Shown here: one piece after another, positions 1-19,953 of the stretch
Layout: each line of letters opens with the position of its first letter
Numbering within the stretch: the stretch's first letter is position 1
From: Entomortierella parvispora E1425
Taxonomy: Eukaryota; Fungi; Mortierellomycota
DNA length: 64,000 nucleotides
Assembly: GCA_020891255.1 (NCBI GenBank)
Contig: BQFW01000003.1
Location: 992,001 to 1,056,000 of the forward strand
Reading direction: 5' to 3'
Notes under the pieces: model-generated
Told to the model about the DNA's origin: nothing
Database searches by the model: none
Seen by the model: the letters and a program-made list of their open reading frames with translations, nothing else
Program-made: the position numbers and the translations under genes

Positions 1-60
1 AGAAAGAAAAGAAAAAAAAACGAGCAATTCGGAACAGAAAACATCAAGTATTTTGAAGAC

Positions 61-7023
<6,963 letters not shown>

Positions 7024-8304
7024 GATGTGGCTGTATGGATTAGAAGTGCGGGGAGGGGGGTTGGAGGGTGGATGGAAGGCAAAAGATTGTCCTTGCCCTT
7101 TATGGTATGCAAATGAGTCTCGGGTAGGTTCGTTGTCTGCCCGTAGTTGGACGAAAGCAATAGTAATGTAGGGAGAGGAAGAGAAGAAATGTACAGTCGA
7201 GGAAGGAGCCAGATCGCAATTCAAAAGACGAGGTGGAGTGAGCAAAGGCTGAAGGAGTAAGGCAGGCGTGAAAGAAGGATGTTAGAGGGGGAGGTAGCGT
7301 GCGCAGAGGTCGTTAATCTCTCTTGATGAAGAATAAGGGGGAGAGATGCATGCAGAAGTGGATGAGGTGATGACAAGACGAAGGATGGGATGCGCTGTTG
7401 GGTGAAAAGAGAGGCGAATAAAGAAACAAAGAAGAGGAAAGTAAAGGATGGATGCAGCGAGGGAAGGATGATGAACTCGTAAAGCAAAGCAGGATAGAAG
7501 CACACACGCTCGAGAGCAAGAGTCTCTGGGAGGTGTGAAAGAGATTTTTTTTTTCCTTGTCTTTTCTGGCCTTTTTTCTCTCTGGCCGTCATCCGCGCCA
7601 ATTTTGGGCTGCAAATCCCTACGGATCCAGGCAGCTTTTGGACAGCAAAGCATGTCTTCTTCCAGCCCCTCCCTCCCTCCCTCGTTGCTTCCCTTGCCTG
7701 CAGCGCCGACACACTCTCTGTCGCCCAAACTCTCTTCCTCTTCTCCGCACTCTGAATTTATTCCCATCGATCCAGCGAGCAAAGAGTCGACCTGTTCCCG
7801 AACAAAACGGACCGACAATTTGCGAGAGAGAACGTGCCTTAAAAAGGAAGGTTGCATTCTTTTTTTTTTTTTTTTTTTTGCTCCTCCTTTCCCTTCAACG
7901 CGCGCTTAGTGCGCCCCTCTCCTTTCGCCCACTGGGCACAACTGTTGGCCCGGATTTTCTTTCCTTGCTTTGCTTCCTTGTTTGCGACGACTCAACTTTA
8001 AAAAGAAGATCGATCATCTCTTCAACTTGTTGCACCCTTTCCCACTCTGATTGATGGCTTCGGCAGTTCCTCCGAGTTTAAGGGGTTTATCTTGCCTTTC
8101 ACAATGTGCCCTGGCCCTGTGTGTACCTTGAATGTTGCACATAGGTGGGGCTTCTTTTGCAAACAAACAATCCTTTGTATGCACATTGTCCAAGAACTCT
8201 GAACAGTTGCCATGTCGTTGGAAATTTGCTTTGTTTTGTTTTGTTGCCTGTCATAGAGTCAACAATCATGTTTCCAATGTACGAAATTGGTATCGTTCAC
8301 TATT

Positions 8305-9610
8305 CTAATGACTAAACACAGTGTCAAGATATGCCTCATAGTTGTAACCATTGGCAGACTCGTGCTGAGGCATTGACGACTGAAGATAGTGTACAACACC
8401 CACAGGAAGCATCGACTGCTTAAGGTCCAGCTCTGTGACAAACGGCTTGTCGCCTGCGACGATCCGGAATGACTCTCGGACCTGATCCGCCGAGGTGCGA
8501 TCCTCTGTCACACCAACCATGAACGTGATGAACTGAAAAAAGGTGTAACAGTCCGAGAATGGAAAGCAAAACGTTAGAAAGGTGTCTTTTTGCGCCGTGT
8601 TTCTGCTTGCATTTGTAGTCTTTTGTACACCATCATAAACCCGCATACATCCAGATGGGCGTGCACTAGGCCTGTTCTTCTCAACACCCTCTTGGCTTAC
8701 CTGTTCAAAGGTCACCTCAGAGCCACCCTCGCTACAATGGGCAAAAACCCCAGCGAATTCCTCGTCTTCGTACATAATGCCCAAACTGGCAAGCGCGGCA
8801 TTGAACTCGACAGATGTCAGAGAGTTGGTTTGGTTATTGTCAAAGTGGCGGAACGTGCTCTCAAACTCTTCCAACTGGGCAGGCGTGAGGTTGGTCATAT
8901 TTCTAGACACAATCTGTTGAAAGAACACCGACAAAATGTCAGCAAGGGATAGGTTCTGGCGGTATATAACTTCAAATGTTGGATATTCAGTGCTTCTTGT
9001 ACCTGGTTCGAAATAAACGCGGACTTCTTTTGCATGGCCTGTTCCAGGAGTCCGAAATCAAAAGACAAATCATCAGCAGAGTAGATGGTGTAGTCATTTT
9101 CTTCAATGTTGGCCTCGACGCACTGGTCATCCAGGCGCTGGATTCGCTCAAGCGCATCCGCCATAGGTCCGAAGCGTGTGCTCAGTTGACGGACATGCGC
9201 CAGTTGGATCTAAAAAGGTAGAGGCTCACTTGTCAGCCATAACGTATCAGCATATAGTGTGTTCAAAGTGTACATATTAACATACATCAAGATCACCGTC
9301 CAGGGACACCAGCTCATTTGACAAAGCATTGACTTTGGATTGAAAGTCATTGGCCTGCTTCGCGAAGTCCTGTCGCAGTTTCTCCTTGATGCTAGATTTT
9401 CCAAGAAATGGGATTAGAACCAGCGTAGAAAAATTCATCGAATTGAACCAGCTGTCAGCGAGCGTGGGACTTACTCTCGAATCTTGGCATTAATAAGACG
9501 GTATCTCTTTTCCTCGGAGGCCAAGAGCTCCTTCCAAAAGTGGTCCAAGTCCTATCACAAATCGTCCGGTTAGGCCCTCTGTTAATATCCCTTGGAATCT
9601 CGCCGAGTAT

Positions 9611-9655
<45 letters not shown>

Positions 9656-11721
9656 ATGAAACACTCACCTGGAGAGTAAGGCCATGCGGTGGGTGATATG
9701 GCTTAAGATCATAAGTCTTCAACTTGGTCTGAATGTTGCTCAAGAGTGTGTCCAGATCACGCTTCTCTGCCACCCAAGTGCGCTTTAAAGATGTCTTGTA
9801 ATTTACAAAGTCGACGGATTGTCTCTTTGCATCGGCATAGTCTCCATGAAATTTTGTGGCTTCCCACTCTGACTTCTTGTTGTCGATCGCTTGCATCAAC
9901 TATATCATGTTCAGAGGTGACTGTCAGCAAGGAACGTACTGCGAAATCAAGAGAGGCTGGACATGCGGACCACTTACTGCCTTCACGCGTCGCTCGTAAT
10001 CGTTCTCCATAGTCCACACAGACTCCATAACCTCTGCAAATTTGGCAACACGGCGACCGGCAGCATCAACCTTTCCGAGCTCGGAGAAGGCATGGAAGTA
10101 CTGGGCAACATAAGTCATGATGGAGCGCTCATCGGGCTTGGTGATATCACAAACATCCTCTACATCCAACAACTTTGGAATATCCAAGTGCTCTGCGGCA
10201 ACATCAAAGGCAAGTTGAGTATTGGCATGTCTGTCCGACTTATCCAGCGAGTCAAAATCCAGAAGGTCAGGGCGATGGCGATGAATCAAGGCGCAGCTAT
10301 CGCGTCATCAATGGATCGAGGATTAGTCAAGGATAAAGTTGGTCTGTAGCAAGAGTCATTTGACCAAAGCACTAGCTTACAATGCCAAGCCATCAGCCCA
10401 ACTGTAAGTAAAGTCCCTAACGTTGACCTCTTGGTACGGGGCAGTCTTGCGTTGACACCACAAGAGAAGACCTTCTTTGGCGCTGAGACCTTCTTGGCTG
10501 TGATGTGAGGGAAGACGATGGTATTGGTCAGAATAGAGTTAATTTGGTCCCTTCAGACTGTGACCAGAAAACGTCACTGGTCTTGAAAGGATGAACAACA
10601 GCCCACTTTGGAGTTCGCTGCTGCCAGTGAAGCAAAGGCCGGGTCATACTTGATGTCTGCAATTGTGAACCGGAGAATCAGGGTCCAGATCATTCCAAGG
10701 ATCAGCTTGAGGTTCTCGTCCACGATATCTAACATAGAGCAATCGGGTTGTAAGTATCAGCCTGTTGGCATGCAGATTTTCTTCATGATGCTTTCGGCTA
10801 TATCTTCCAACGTACCTTCTGCACCAATGTTTGTCAAATTGACTCCACGCTGGCGAATGAACTCCAGGCACTTGTTGACGTTTTCAACCTTCTGGATACG
10901 CATGCGAGAAACTTTGTTATATCGGCCCAGACTGGTATCTCCAATGATTTCCTATAGCAGGTTGTCAATTTAATGCTTGCAGTCAGATCCTGTCCACGAG
11001 TAATCCAGCCATTGTGCTACCCAGGTCAAAGACTCACCAACAGCTGGATAAGAGGAACACCATCCGAGAGCTGAGTCAGATTGGCAATCTCTGGGTGGTT
11101 TCCCACGGTAAGTTTGGTGTTCACCCTATCAAAGCAAATCGAATCAGTCAAGAATACGAAGCCTCATGACCAACAGCACCAAGTTCTAGTTATCTACTCA
11201 CCACTTTGTGAAGGCTAAGGGAAAATATGGACAGGAGTATAAGGTAGAATTGGTCAATTGTGTGTGCGCACGAACGAGAGAGCCGTTGTCAAGCCTGACA
11301 TCATCTGCCACCCTGCATTTTTTTGTCTCTCCGCTTCGTGGCACAGCCATGAGGTCAACGTGCATTCTTTCCAGGGATGCATTTAAATGAGAAGCTTACT
11401 TTTTTGCTGAACAGTTTCCCATGTCTTGTCCATGACCTTGGCTGTAAAAAGAGCAGAAATGGAGATGAAGACGAATGTTAACTTCAGGAACAACAACAAG
11501 CTTGGATAAGAGTTCAAAAGACAACGCGTCCGTTAGGTCAGAGTCCCGTCGCGAATAAGCAGTGTCGGTTGAGGTAGATAGAGAACAACGGACAAGAAAA
11601 GAGAGGGGAACAGGTTCAGGAAAGAGTGCGGGGACATGGGTGGACACGTACCGGTGTCTTCGACGACCTGGTTGGCCGCACTAGAGGCGGAAAAGCTGTT
11701 GGTGTGTTGGTGACCAGACAT
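8305..11721 (-). CDS. ain1: Alpha-actinin (2 CH domains, spectrin-like repeats, EF-hand C-terminus), multi-exon
   Basis: Spliced reading [10 protein letters not shown]...[11 protein letters not shown]|TFTKW|[57 protein letters not shown]-hand [18 protein letters not shown] and C-terminal [13 protein letters not shown]. Confidence 0.93.
9612..9652. repeat. A41 homopolymer inside an alpha-actinin intron
   Basis: Counted directly. It is the longest of many A/T runs of 20 nt or more in introns and spacers of this window. Confidence 0.9.
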
Positions 11722-12157
11722 GATAGAGAAGGGGAGAGACAGAGGAGGAGAGGACGGCGAGGAGGTGGGGGCGTATGGGCACGGGTGGATGAGACCAAGT
11801 GGATAGGTCAGTGATAAAGAGGAAAGAAAGATAGAGAAGAGGGAAAGATAGCGGCGTGAAGATGAAGAGGAAGCGGAAGAATCAAGAAAATGAACGAGAG
11901 GAGAGGACTGAGTGTTCGCGCTCATTCAATTAGAGAGGGGCGGTCAATTACAAAAATATCTTGAACAAGACAAGAGCCGTCACACTTCACAGCGGATGAC
12001 TGCTTATTTTGTTTACCAGCCGTTTCTCCCTCCAGGAGCCCTTGCCGGGCAGCCCAGTCTGCTCCCTCCCTGCCCCTGTCGACCTGTCCTCCGAGCGTTT
12101 TTCACTCTTCCCTTTCTCTCTTCTCTTCCTTCACCCCTCCCCGTCCATCCTTTCGCC

Positions 12158-14279
12158 ATGTTCACTGCTCGTGCCGCTCAGCGCCTCTCGAAGGCCGCCT
12201 CCCCTTGCTCGCAGCGCATGCTCTCGACCCTCGGTCGTAGCAGTAAGTCCCCCCCTCTCCCATCTCGCTGTCATCCCCTTCCTCTCTCATTCTCACGCTC
12301 AGCACTACTCCCCTGACCCTTCCGCATGTCCCGGCATCTCATCTCTTTTTCGAGACAATTCCCCGCAGCCCAACCATGGATTGGATGGGATTCAAGTCAT
12401 CTCCCCCTCCCCCTATGGCAGTTCATTCCACTTTATTCCCCATTCTCGTCTTTTTCTTCCTACTATTTTACCAGAGGATCGATTCAGCCTGTTGCAGATC
12501 ATAATTGCCGCAATGTACTCCGCCGGAATCTCGGACTGATCTCTGCTCTGCCTTGTTTTTTAACCTTGCCTCTCCTTAGTGTTGGCCACCAACCCTGCTG
12601 CTGTTGCCCAGAAGGTCGCTGTAAGTGCTTGTCGTCAGATCACATCTTATTGATCTTGATCGATTTAGGGAAATGTATACTTAATCCTCACTTATCTTTT
12701 TGTCCACTCTCTAGTCCTCCTTGGTCCAGACCTCGGTTGCACGCACTGCCTTGACCATCCCCCGCATGGTTGCTCGCCGCACCATGGCCACTGATGGAAA
12801 GTTCTCTCGCAACAAGCCCCACGTTAACATCGGAACCATCGGTCACGTCGATCACGGAAAGACCACTTTGACTGCTGCTATCACCAAGACCTTGGCCTCT
12901 TTGGGTCAGGCTGAGTTCAGGGATTACAACCAGATCGACAAGGCCCCTGAGGAGAAGGCTAGAGGAATCACTATCTCGACTGCTCACGTCGAGTACGAGA
13001 CTGCCAACAGACATTATGCTCACGTCGACTGCCCTGGACACGCCGATTACATCAAGAACATGATCACCGGTGCCGCCCAGGTGAGTTTCTATTGGATCGA
13101 ATGCAATGACCAACATCTGGAATATGACCCCCCGTTGAAGAAGGATATACCAGTGAAAAATATAACAGCTTTTCTAACGCTCGTTTGCTTTTCTAGATGG
13201 ACGGAGCTATTATTGTTGTTGCTGCTACTGACGGTCAGATGCCCCAGACCCGTGAGCATTTGTTGCTTGCCAAGCAGGTCGGCATCCAGAAGTTGGTTGT
13301 CTTCATCAACAAGGTCGATGCCGTCGATGATCCCGAGATGTTGGAGCTCGTCGACATGGAGATGCGCGATGTCCTCACCACCTACGGTTTCGATGGTGAG
13401 AACACCCCTATCATCATGGGATCTGCTCTCTGCGCTTTGGAGGGACGCAACAAGGAGATTGGTGAGGATGCCATCATGAAGCTCATGGCTGCCGTCGACT
13501 CCCACATTGACACCCCCGTCCGTGACTTTGACAAGCCCTTCTTGATGCCCGTTGAAGGTAACTGATGTTAGAATGATGAGTGCCATTTTTTATACTTGCC
13601 TAGATCTGTGTTCTTAACACTCAAAATCCCTCTAGATGTTTTCTCCATCTCTGGACGTGGTACCGTCGCCACTGGCCGTGTTGAGCGTGGTACCATCAAC
13701 AAGGGTGCTGAAATCGAGATTGTCGGTATGGGCCCCAGCTTCAAGACCACCTTGACCGGTATTGAGATGTTCCACAAGGAGGTAAAGGACCATTACACAA
13801 ATATTTGGAATGATGCTACTTAAAAGCATTCAGGACTTGCATATTAACAACTCTTACTTTCTATTTGAATGCGATAGCTCGACCGTGGTCAGGCTGGAGA
13901 CAACATGGGAGCTTTGCTCCGTGGTGTCAAGCGTGATCAGCTCCGTCGCGGTATGGTTCTTGCTGCCCCCGGCACTGTCAAGGCCTATAAGAAGTTCGCT
14001 GCCTCCCTTTACATCTTGACCAAGGATGAGGGTGGACGTCACACTGGTTTCTTGAACAACTACCGCCCCCAGATGTTCGTCCGTACCTCGGATGTCACCG
14101 TCACTTTGACCCACCCCCCAGAGGAGGAGGATGCTGAGAAGATGGTCCTTCCCGGAGACAACGTCGCAATGAACTGCGAGCTCGTCCATGGTGTGCCATT
14201 GGAGAAGGGTCAGCGTTTCACCATTCGCGAGGGTGGTCGCACTGTCGGAACCGGTGTCATCTCTGACCTTTTCGAGTAA
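12158..14279 (+). CDS. TUF1: Mitochondrial elongation factor Tu, multi-exon
   Basis: Presequence [18 protein letters not shown]-Tu motifs [58 protein letters not shown]|[22 protein letters not shown] and [13 protein letters not shown]. Confidence 0.97.
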
Positions 14280-14823
14280 AGGTTTAAGATGACATCTCAA
14301 AGGAGGGATTAGAGTAGAAGGTAGTTGTTTTTGTCATTTTTTATTTCATTACATGTGTATTTCAACAGAAAGATAGTAGGTTGGTTGAATGTGTGAATGA
14401 ATGGGGCGGACAGTCTGCTGCCCGAGGGGGGGGATGGTTGCACAGAGAGATAGCACGCGTTCTTTCATCTGAGTGCAGAAGGCCGTTTTGGCGAAGAGAC
14501 ATTGAAACGGGTTTGGAGTCAGGGCAGACACTCAGAAAATGAAGGAGCGAGGACGGCCACGGTCACGACGCGTGTGCATGGAAGAAGTGAAGAGAGCAGC
14601 CGTGGTAGGGTAGGGTAGGAAAAGGAAAAGCAGGGGCGAAGGAAGGTGGCAAAGAGCAAAAGAGCGAGCGAGAGCAAATATGGCAAGTAAGCATGGCAAG
14701 CAAACAAGCCTGGGTGGTTTCGTCGACTGCAGGCAAAGAGACAAGCAGAAACGAACAAAGAAAAACGACGCGAACGCCCATTGCACAGGAACAAAGGGGA
14801 GAAAGAGTGCTCTCATCTCGTTG

Positions 14824-14863
14824 CATCCATCCATCCATCCATCCATCTACCCATCCACCCATC
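14824..14863. repeat. (CATC)n microsatellite
   Basis: catccatccatccatccatccatc followed by degenerate copies, in the spacer upstream of the Hsp70-like gene. Confidence 0.85.
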
Positions 14864-15095
14864 TCTCTTTTCCCTCTTCTCTCCTTTCTCTCCTGTCCAC
14901 ATCACCTTCATCCTTCCTCTTGTTCTTCCTAGACCTCTTCCCCAGTCTACAGTCCTAGCCCGTTCCCTCCTATTTCCTTCCGTCTCTTTCGCTGATCAAA
15001 CTGCTGAATTGGCTCTCTGATCATCCTCGTCCCCTGTCGCATTCGCTCTTGAGTTCTGCACCAACCACAGACCAGCTCCCTCGCATCCGTTCTCG

Positions 15096-17867
15096 ATGGC
15101 TGCAAGGCCAATCTCCTATAATGGCCAACCACCTGGCATGGGCGGCCCTCCTCGCCCGGGCATGATGTACCCGGCCCAGCAGCAGCAGCAGCCCATGTAC
15201 CAGCAGCAACAGCAACACCGTCCACCTGTTCACCCACAGCACCAACATCAGCCAGTGCATCACCAACACCAACACCAGCATCAGCAACATTACGTTCACC
15301 AGCAGCAACAGCCTCCGCCTCGGCCAATATACTCTACTCCCCAGCATCAGTTCATGTTGCCGCATCTGCAGCAGCAGCAGCAGCAACATTCTAATGTATC
15401 CTCCCCTCGGCCCCAGTTCATGCAACAGCGGCCTCCGCTAATGGTCGCACCGTCCATGCAGCCCATGCCCATGCCAATGCCTGCCTCTGTAGCCCAAAGA
15501 TCGCAACAACAACAACAACAACCTCCTTTTAATATTAATAGCGGTATGGCACCTGCACCTGCGGTCCCTGGAGGAGCATCTGGACCGTCTCCGGGAGGGG
15601 CGGTCGGGTCACAACAGTTTGTACTTCGGACACCGTCCTTGGGGGCAGCCCCGGTGGTGGTCAATCCTAATTTCCGCCCTGTGATGATGCGTCCTCCGCC
15701 TGCCGGTGTCTTCACGGCCGGTCCTCCCACCGTGGTCTCTTCACCCGGTCTTGCCAGGATGCCATTGTCCATTGCTGGACCAACGCGGCCAGTCTTTGTC
15801 GGTGAGTGTTTTTTTGAATGCTTAGGTCGAGTCAATGATAAAGCCTTAAAGACGAAAAAGCCATGATATGCGTGCAAATGCAGTGGCGGATATTTTGTAC
15901 CTCAGATGTCATATCCGTATCCAAAAAAAAAAAAAAAAAAAAAAAGACAGCAAGAGGGACGACCCTTTGTTACGTTACTGGGCTGTAGCTCATTTGCTGT
16001 CAATGGGGCAGTGTAACTTTTTTTGGACTTTTTTGAAGTGAAACTGACAGGGCAAAAGGCCGATCCCTGTGAACCCAATGCGGATGGTTTTCTCACCTGG
16101 TCCTTTATGTTGCTGAATTTAGCCGCTGGACCGCCCACCATTATCAAGAACACCCTGAGGACAAAGGCTCTTCTGGAACGGCCAGTTCCTGTCATCAATG
16201 TAAGGGCAAGCGTTAAAATTATGAAAGACATGGGAGAAACATTGTGGCATTTGATTTTCTCAGGAGCACTCTGCCACTTGTTATCCCGCGGCCCAATATG
16301 AATGAGCAGTTGAGCTTATTCCGTTGCCCGTGTTTACTTTCTAGATCAAACAAAAGACCAACACGCTTTTGTCCAACTTTTGGAGCGATGACACGGATGT
16401 GACCAAAGATGGACGTGTGATTGACAGATCAGAATTGGATTCAAGATCGCCCAGTGAACGACACCAGCGGTTACCACGTCAGACAGGCATTGTGGTCGGC
16501 ATTGACTTTGGAAACACATTCACAGGTGTTTCTTATGCTCACCAGGGTGATGGTGAGATGATTGATGTTGTCAAGTGGTAAGGAAGCCTCCATGTATTTT
16601 GAGGTCATTGGAAGAGGACCATTGCACATTTGAATCTGACCTTATTTTTTATGTGTCTAGGCCGAGACATTTGAATGCATATGCCAAGGTACCAACTGTG
16701 AGTCTGTACAAGACGAATGAGAACAAAGCATTCATGGACTGGGGATCGTCAGCACTGGCGAGCTACAAGCGGTCTAAGGCAGACCGCGTGCTCATTCGAG
16801 ACTACAAGCTTTTGCTCTTTGATCAGGGAGCGCGAGGCAAATTGGAAAACGGACTGCATCTCATGGATGTTCTCACCCAATACTTGCGGAGTATTCATCG
16901 CCATCTCATGGACGAGGTCAACAAAAGTCAAGTCCTGGCTGCAGAGTCTATACCTATCCATTATTGCATTACAGTACCCCAGTCGTGGACGTTGCCAACA
17001 CGCGAGCTGATCTTGCGATGCTATGTCGAGGCAGGCATCATTCTCACCACTCCTGCCCTGAATATGACGGTGATCACGGAGGCAGAGGCAGCGGCAACCT
17101 ATTGTCGGGAGAAATGCGAAGAATTCGAATCGCTCAAGGATGGTGAGATCTTTATGATCTGTGATGCGGGCGGTCTGACGTCGAACGTGACAGTGTTCCG
17201 AGTCGACGATGGCTTGGGAGTTCGGCAATTTGTGAGGATGTCGAGCTCACATGTAGAAAATTGTGGTTCAGTGCTTCTGGATCGACGTTTCCGAGAGCTG
17301 ATCTTGTCGAAAATCCAGGGACTGGATCTGGATGCAAAGCCGAACCGCCAAAAGGCCTTTGAGACGTTACTGGAGGGGTTCCGAGAGATCAAGTCACAGT
17401 TTGACGGTAACTCTAGAGAGGAAGTCAAGCACTTGTCGGTACCGATGGGCCTGGATGTCAAGGATATGGAACCAGCACCGGCGTGGCTAGAAGACGAGTA
17501 TATGGCGTTGAAGGGCCAGGAGCTTTGCGATTTCGTGTTTGATCCAGTAGTTGAGCGCGTTCAGGAACTGATTGACACTCAGTTGGCAGTTCATCCTGTT
17601 TGCGCAGGACTGTTTATGGTTGGAGGCTTTGGAGCAAACAAATACCTGTTGCATAAGCTTCAATTGATGGCGGAACAGAGTCAGTTGGAGTCGAAACGGT
17701 CTTCAACGGCAACAAATGGATCCGGCGCCAACGGGACCGGTGGATCTGGATCTCGAGGTGTGATCAAAAAAGTGATCATGGTCCAAAAAGCTGAGCTTGC
17801 TGTAGCTCGAGGCGCGGTGATCTATGGACTCAAGAGCGCGTCCCAACATACCAAAGCCTTCTTGTAG
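15096..17867 (+). CDS. HSPA12-like Hsp70/actin-fold ATPase domain with long Q/P/H-rich N-terminus (4 exons, 740 aa)
   Basis: Exons 15096-15801, 16123-16199, 16345-16577 and 16661-17867 join in frame with GT-AG sites. Motifs VVGIDFGNTFTG, YCITVPQSW, ITEAEAAA, ICDAGGLTSNV, CGSVLLDRRF, FMVGGFG and AVARGAVIYG. Confidence 0.85.
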
Positions 17868-18126
17868 AAAATGCTACCCTACCCCTCTTTTTTCCTTTCT
17901 TTTTTTCTTTTTTTTTTTCTTTTCTTTTTTTCCTTTTCTCTTTCCATTCCAATTTTGCATTCTTTGACACTGTAGACATATGTTCTCTCTGCCCAAAAGA
18001 TATAAAAAGAAAAGAAAAAGAAGCCGAAGAACAAGGATATAAGGTTAAATACTGTTCTTTTTTATTTACAAGGTTTCTGTGAGGGTTCAAAGGAATTCCC
18101 TATCAATTATGATGGTTTTCGCCCAG

Positions 18127-19953
18127 TTATTCGTAAAGTCCATAGCCCAAATCGCGTTTTTGGGCCTGTTGTTGCTGTTGCTGCTGCTGCTGCTGGACGA
18201 ATCGAGTGTTGCCTGTTGTTTCCAAGTTCTGGACGACCCGTGCAGACTGGCTCTGCATGTACGCCGTGAATCCCCAGCGGTCCTTGGACTGGACAGCACC
18301 AAACATATCGACCACCTTTTTCTTGGCCTGGATGGCCTCGGCGGTTCGATTGTTGGCCAAATGGTCAACGACCTGCTCATCAATCTTGGCGGCTTCTTGG
18401 ATGGTCAGGTACGTGACCACATCATTGTTCTTCTTGTCCTCGGCGACCAAGGAGCTGTCACTCGTGTAATTGATCGAGACCGAGCCCTTCAACCCTTTAC
18501 AGTCCTCCAGGTTCACAAAGTGGTCCCCTCCCAAAGTGAGAGAATAACCCAGAATGTTTTTCGAATCCACCACATCCTCCATATCGTCCTCTGAGAAATC
18601 ATCCAAACCGGGGACGCGGATATCGAGGTTGACAATGAACTGGATCAGACCATTGGTTCTCAAGTGGAGGAGCTTGATCTCCCCCGGAGTCTTTGTCAGA
18701 TCATAGCCAGGGATGTCCTTGATCACTGCATCGCCCAAACCTCGGAACTTGAACGTGGCCTCGGGGGCAATCATGTTTGAGACCCCACGAAGAGCCTTGG
18801 AGACCAAATCTTCGATATCGTCTTCAGTTTCAATAAAGAACGAGTCCCCGTTCGCGTGTTCTGCAATGGCAGTCATCAACTTTTCATCGTACCCATCACC
18901 GATGCCGAAGGTCGAGATCTGGATATCAGTGTTTGTCAACCATCGCTTGACATCGGTCATGATCATGGACGGGTTCTTGACACCGTGGTTGACGTGACCG
19001 TCCGAGAATAAAAAGACACGATGGGCCTTCTTGGGCGGAGTAGCTGCGGCCGTCTTGTTCTTGTCACTTCCTTCTTTTGTAACGGGCATCTTTGGAAGGT
19101 GAGCCGCTTGTTCCTTTTGGATGCTCCGTTTCAAGGACTCAACACCGACCTTGAGACCGCCATGCAAATTGGTCATATCCTTTGTCTGGATATTCTCGAC
19201 AGCAGAGAGCATGAACATTGAATGGTCCTTTTTGCAATCCGTAAACACGGTAGTGACTTCGGTAGCGTAAGTGACCAGACTCAAGGTATCGTGTACAGTC
19301 AGTTGCTCGATAATGGCCATGATTGCCTTCTTGCAGCCTTGCAATCGCGCTCCTTGCATCGATCCAGAGATATCGAGGACCAGACAGATATTGAAGGGGG
19401 TTCGAGTGTATTCTTCGGCTTTGCCCACATTGGAGCGCTGACCGACCTTGATTTGGAAGAGGACCGGGAGTTGGGTCTGGAGACCACGGAGGACGCTGGG
19501 GAGGAGGGGCGTGGCCTCGACTTGGACACCCTTGAAATTGAACTCGGCGAGATAGGTGGCCTTGAGATTCTGGAAAACCTTGTCGTTGGCACGGTTGAGA
19601 CCCTGCTGGAGGGGGGGCTTGGTAGTGGATCCAAATCCACTGGAGGGTGCCCCAAATCCACTTGGAGGTGCTCCAAAGCTGCTGCCGCCAAAGCTCCTAA
19701 ACCCACCAGGAGCACCTCCAAAAGGCTGAGGAGGAGGAGGAACTCCAAAATTACCAGGCTGGGGAGGGGCTCCAAAAGCGCCAGGCGCGGGGTGTGGAGC
19801 TGGAACGGCCGATGCTCCAAACCAAACATGGGGGTGTGAGGGAGGCGTGGAATTACCGGGGACAGGCGTGGGACTGCCAGAAACCGGCTGAGGCGCACCG
19901 GCGCTGTTAGGATCCGACTTTTTTGTCGAGGGAGATTTGCTCAAGCCAAACAT
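18127..19953 (-). CDS. von Willebrand factor A (vWA) domain protein with G/P/F-rich N-terminus and polyQ C-terminus, intronless
   Basis: 608-aa ORF with ATG start. MIDAS-type NICLVLDISGSM, TNLHGGL, RVFLFSDGHVNHG and ISTFGIGDGYDEKLM, followed by a C-terminal beta/helical region. Confidence 0.85.
   Translation of the reverse strand: MFGLSKSPSTKKSDPNSAGAPQPVSGSPTPVPGNSTPPSHPHVWFGASAVPAPHPAPGAFGAPPQPGNFGVPPPPQPFGGAPGGFRSFGGSSFGAPPSGFGAPSSGFGSTTKPPLQQGLNRANDKVFQNLKATYLAEFNFKGVQVEATPLLPSVLRGLQTQLPVLFQIKVGQRSNVGKAEEYTRTPFNICLVLDISGSMQGARLQGCKKAIMAIIEQLTVHDTLSLVTYATEVTTVFTDCKKDHSMFMLSAVENIQTKDMTNLHGGLKVGVESLKRSIQKEQAAHLPKMPVTKEGSDKNKTAAATPPKKAHRVFLFSDGHVNHGVKNPSMIMTDVKRWLTNTDIQISTFGIGDGYDEKLMTAIAEHANGDSFFIETEDDIEDLVSKALRGVSNMIAPEATFKFRGLGDAVIKDIPGYDLTKTPGEIKLLHLRTNGLIQFIVNLDIRVPGLDDFSEDDMEDVVDSKNILGYSLTLGGDHFVNLEDCKGLKGSVSINYTSDSSLVAEDKKNNDVVTYLTIQEAAKIDEQVVDHLANNRTAEAIQAKKKVVDMFGAVQSKDRWGFTAYMQSQSARVVQNLETTGNTRFVQQQQQQQQQQAQKRDLGYGLYE

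Noticed and set aside
7221-8054. Several 120-190 aa ORFs on both strands between the ABCC and actinin genes
   Set aside because: They are translations of CT/GA-rich promoter and UTR sequence with homopolymers (poly-F, poly-S). There is no domain signal.
19222-19898. 200-aa alternative-frame and antisense ORFs over the vWA gene
   Set aside because: Shadow ORFs of a GC-rich coding region; no independent motifs.
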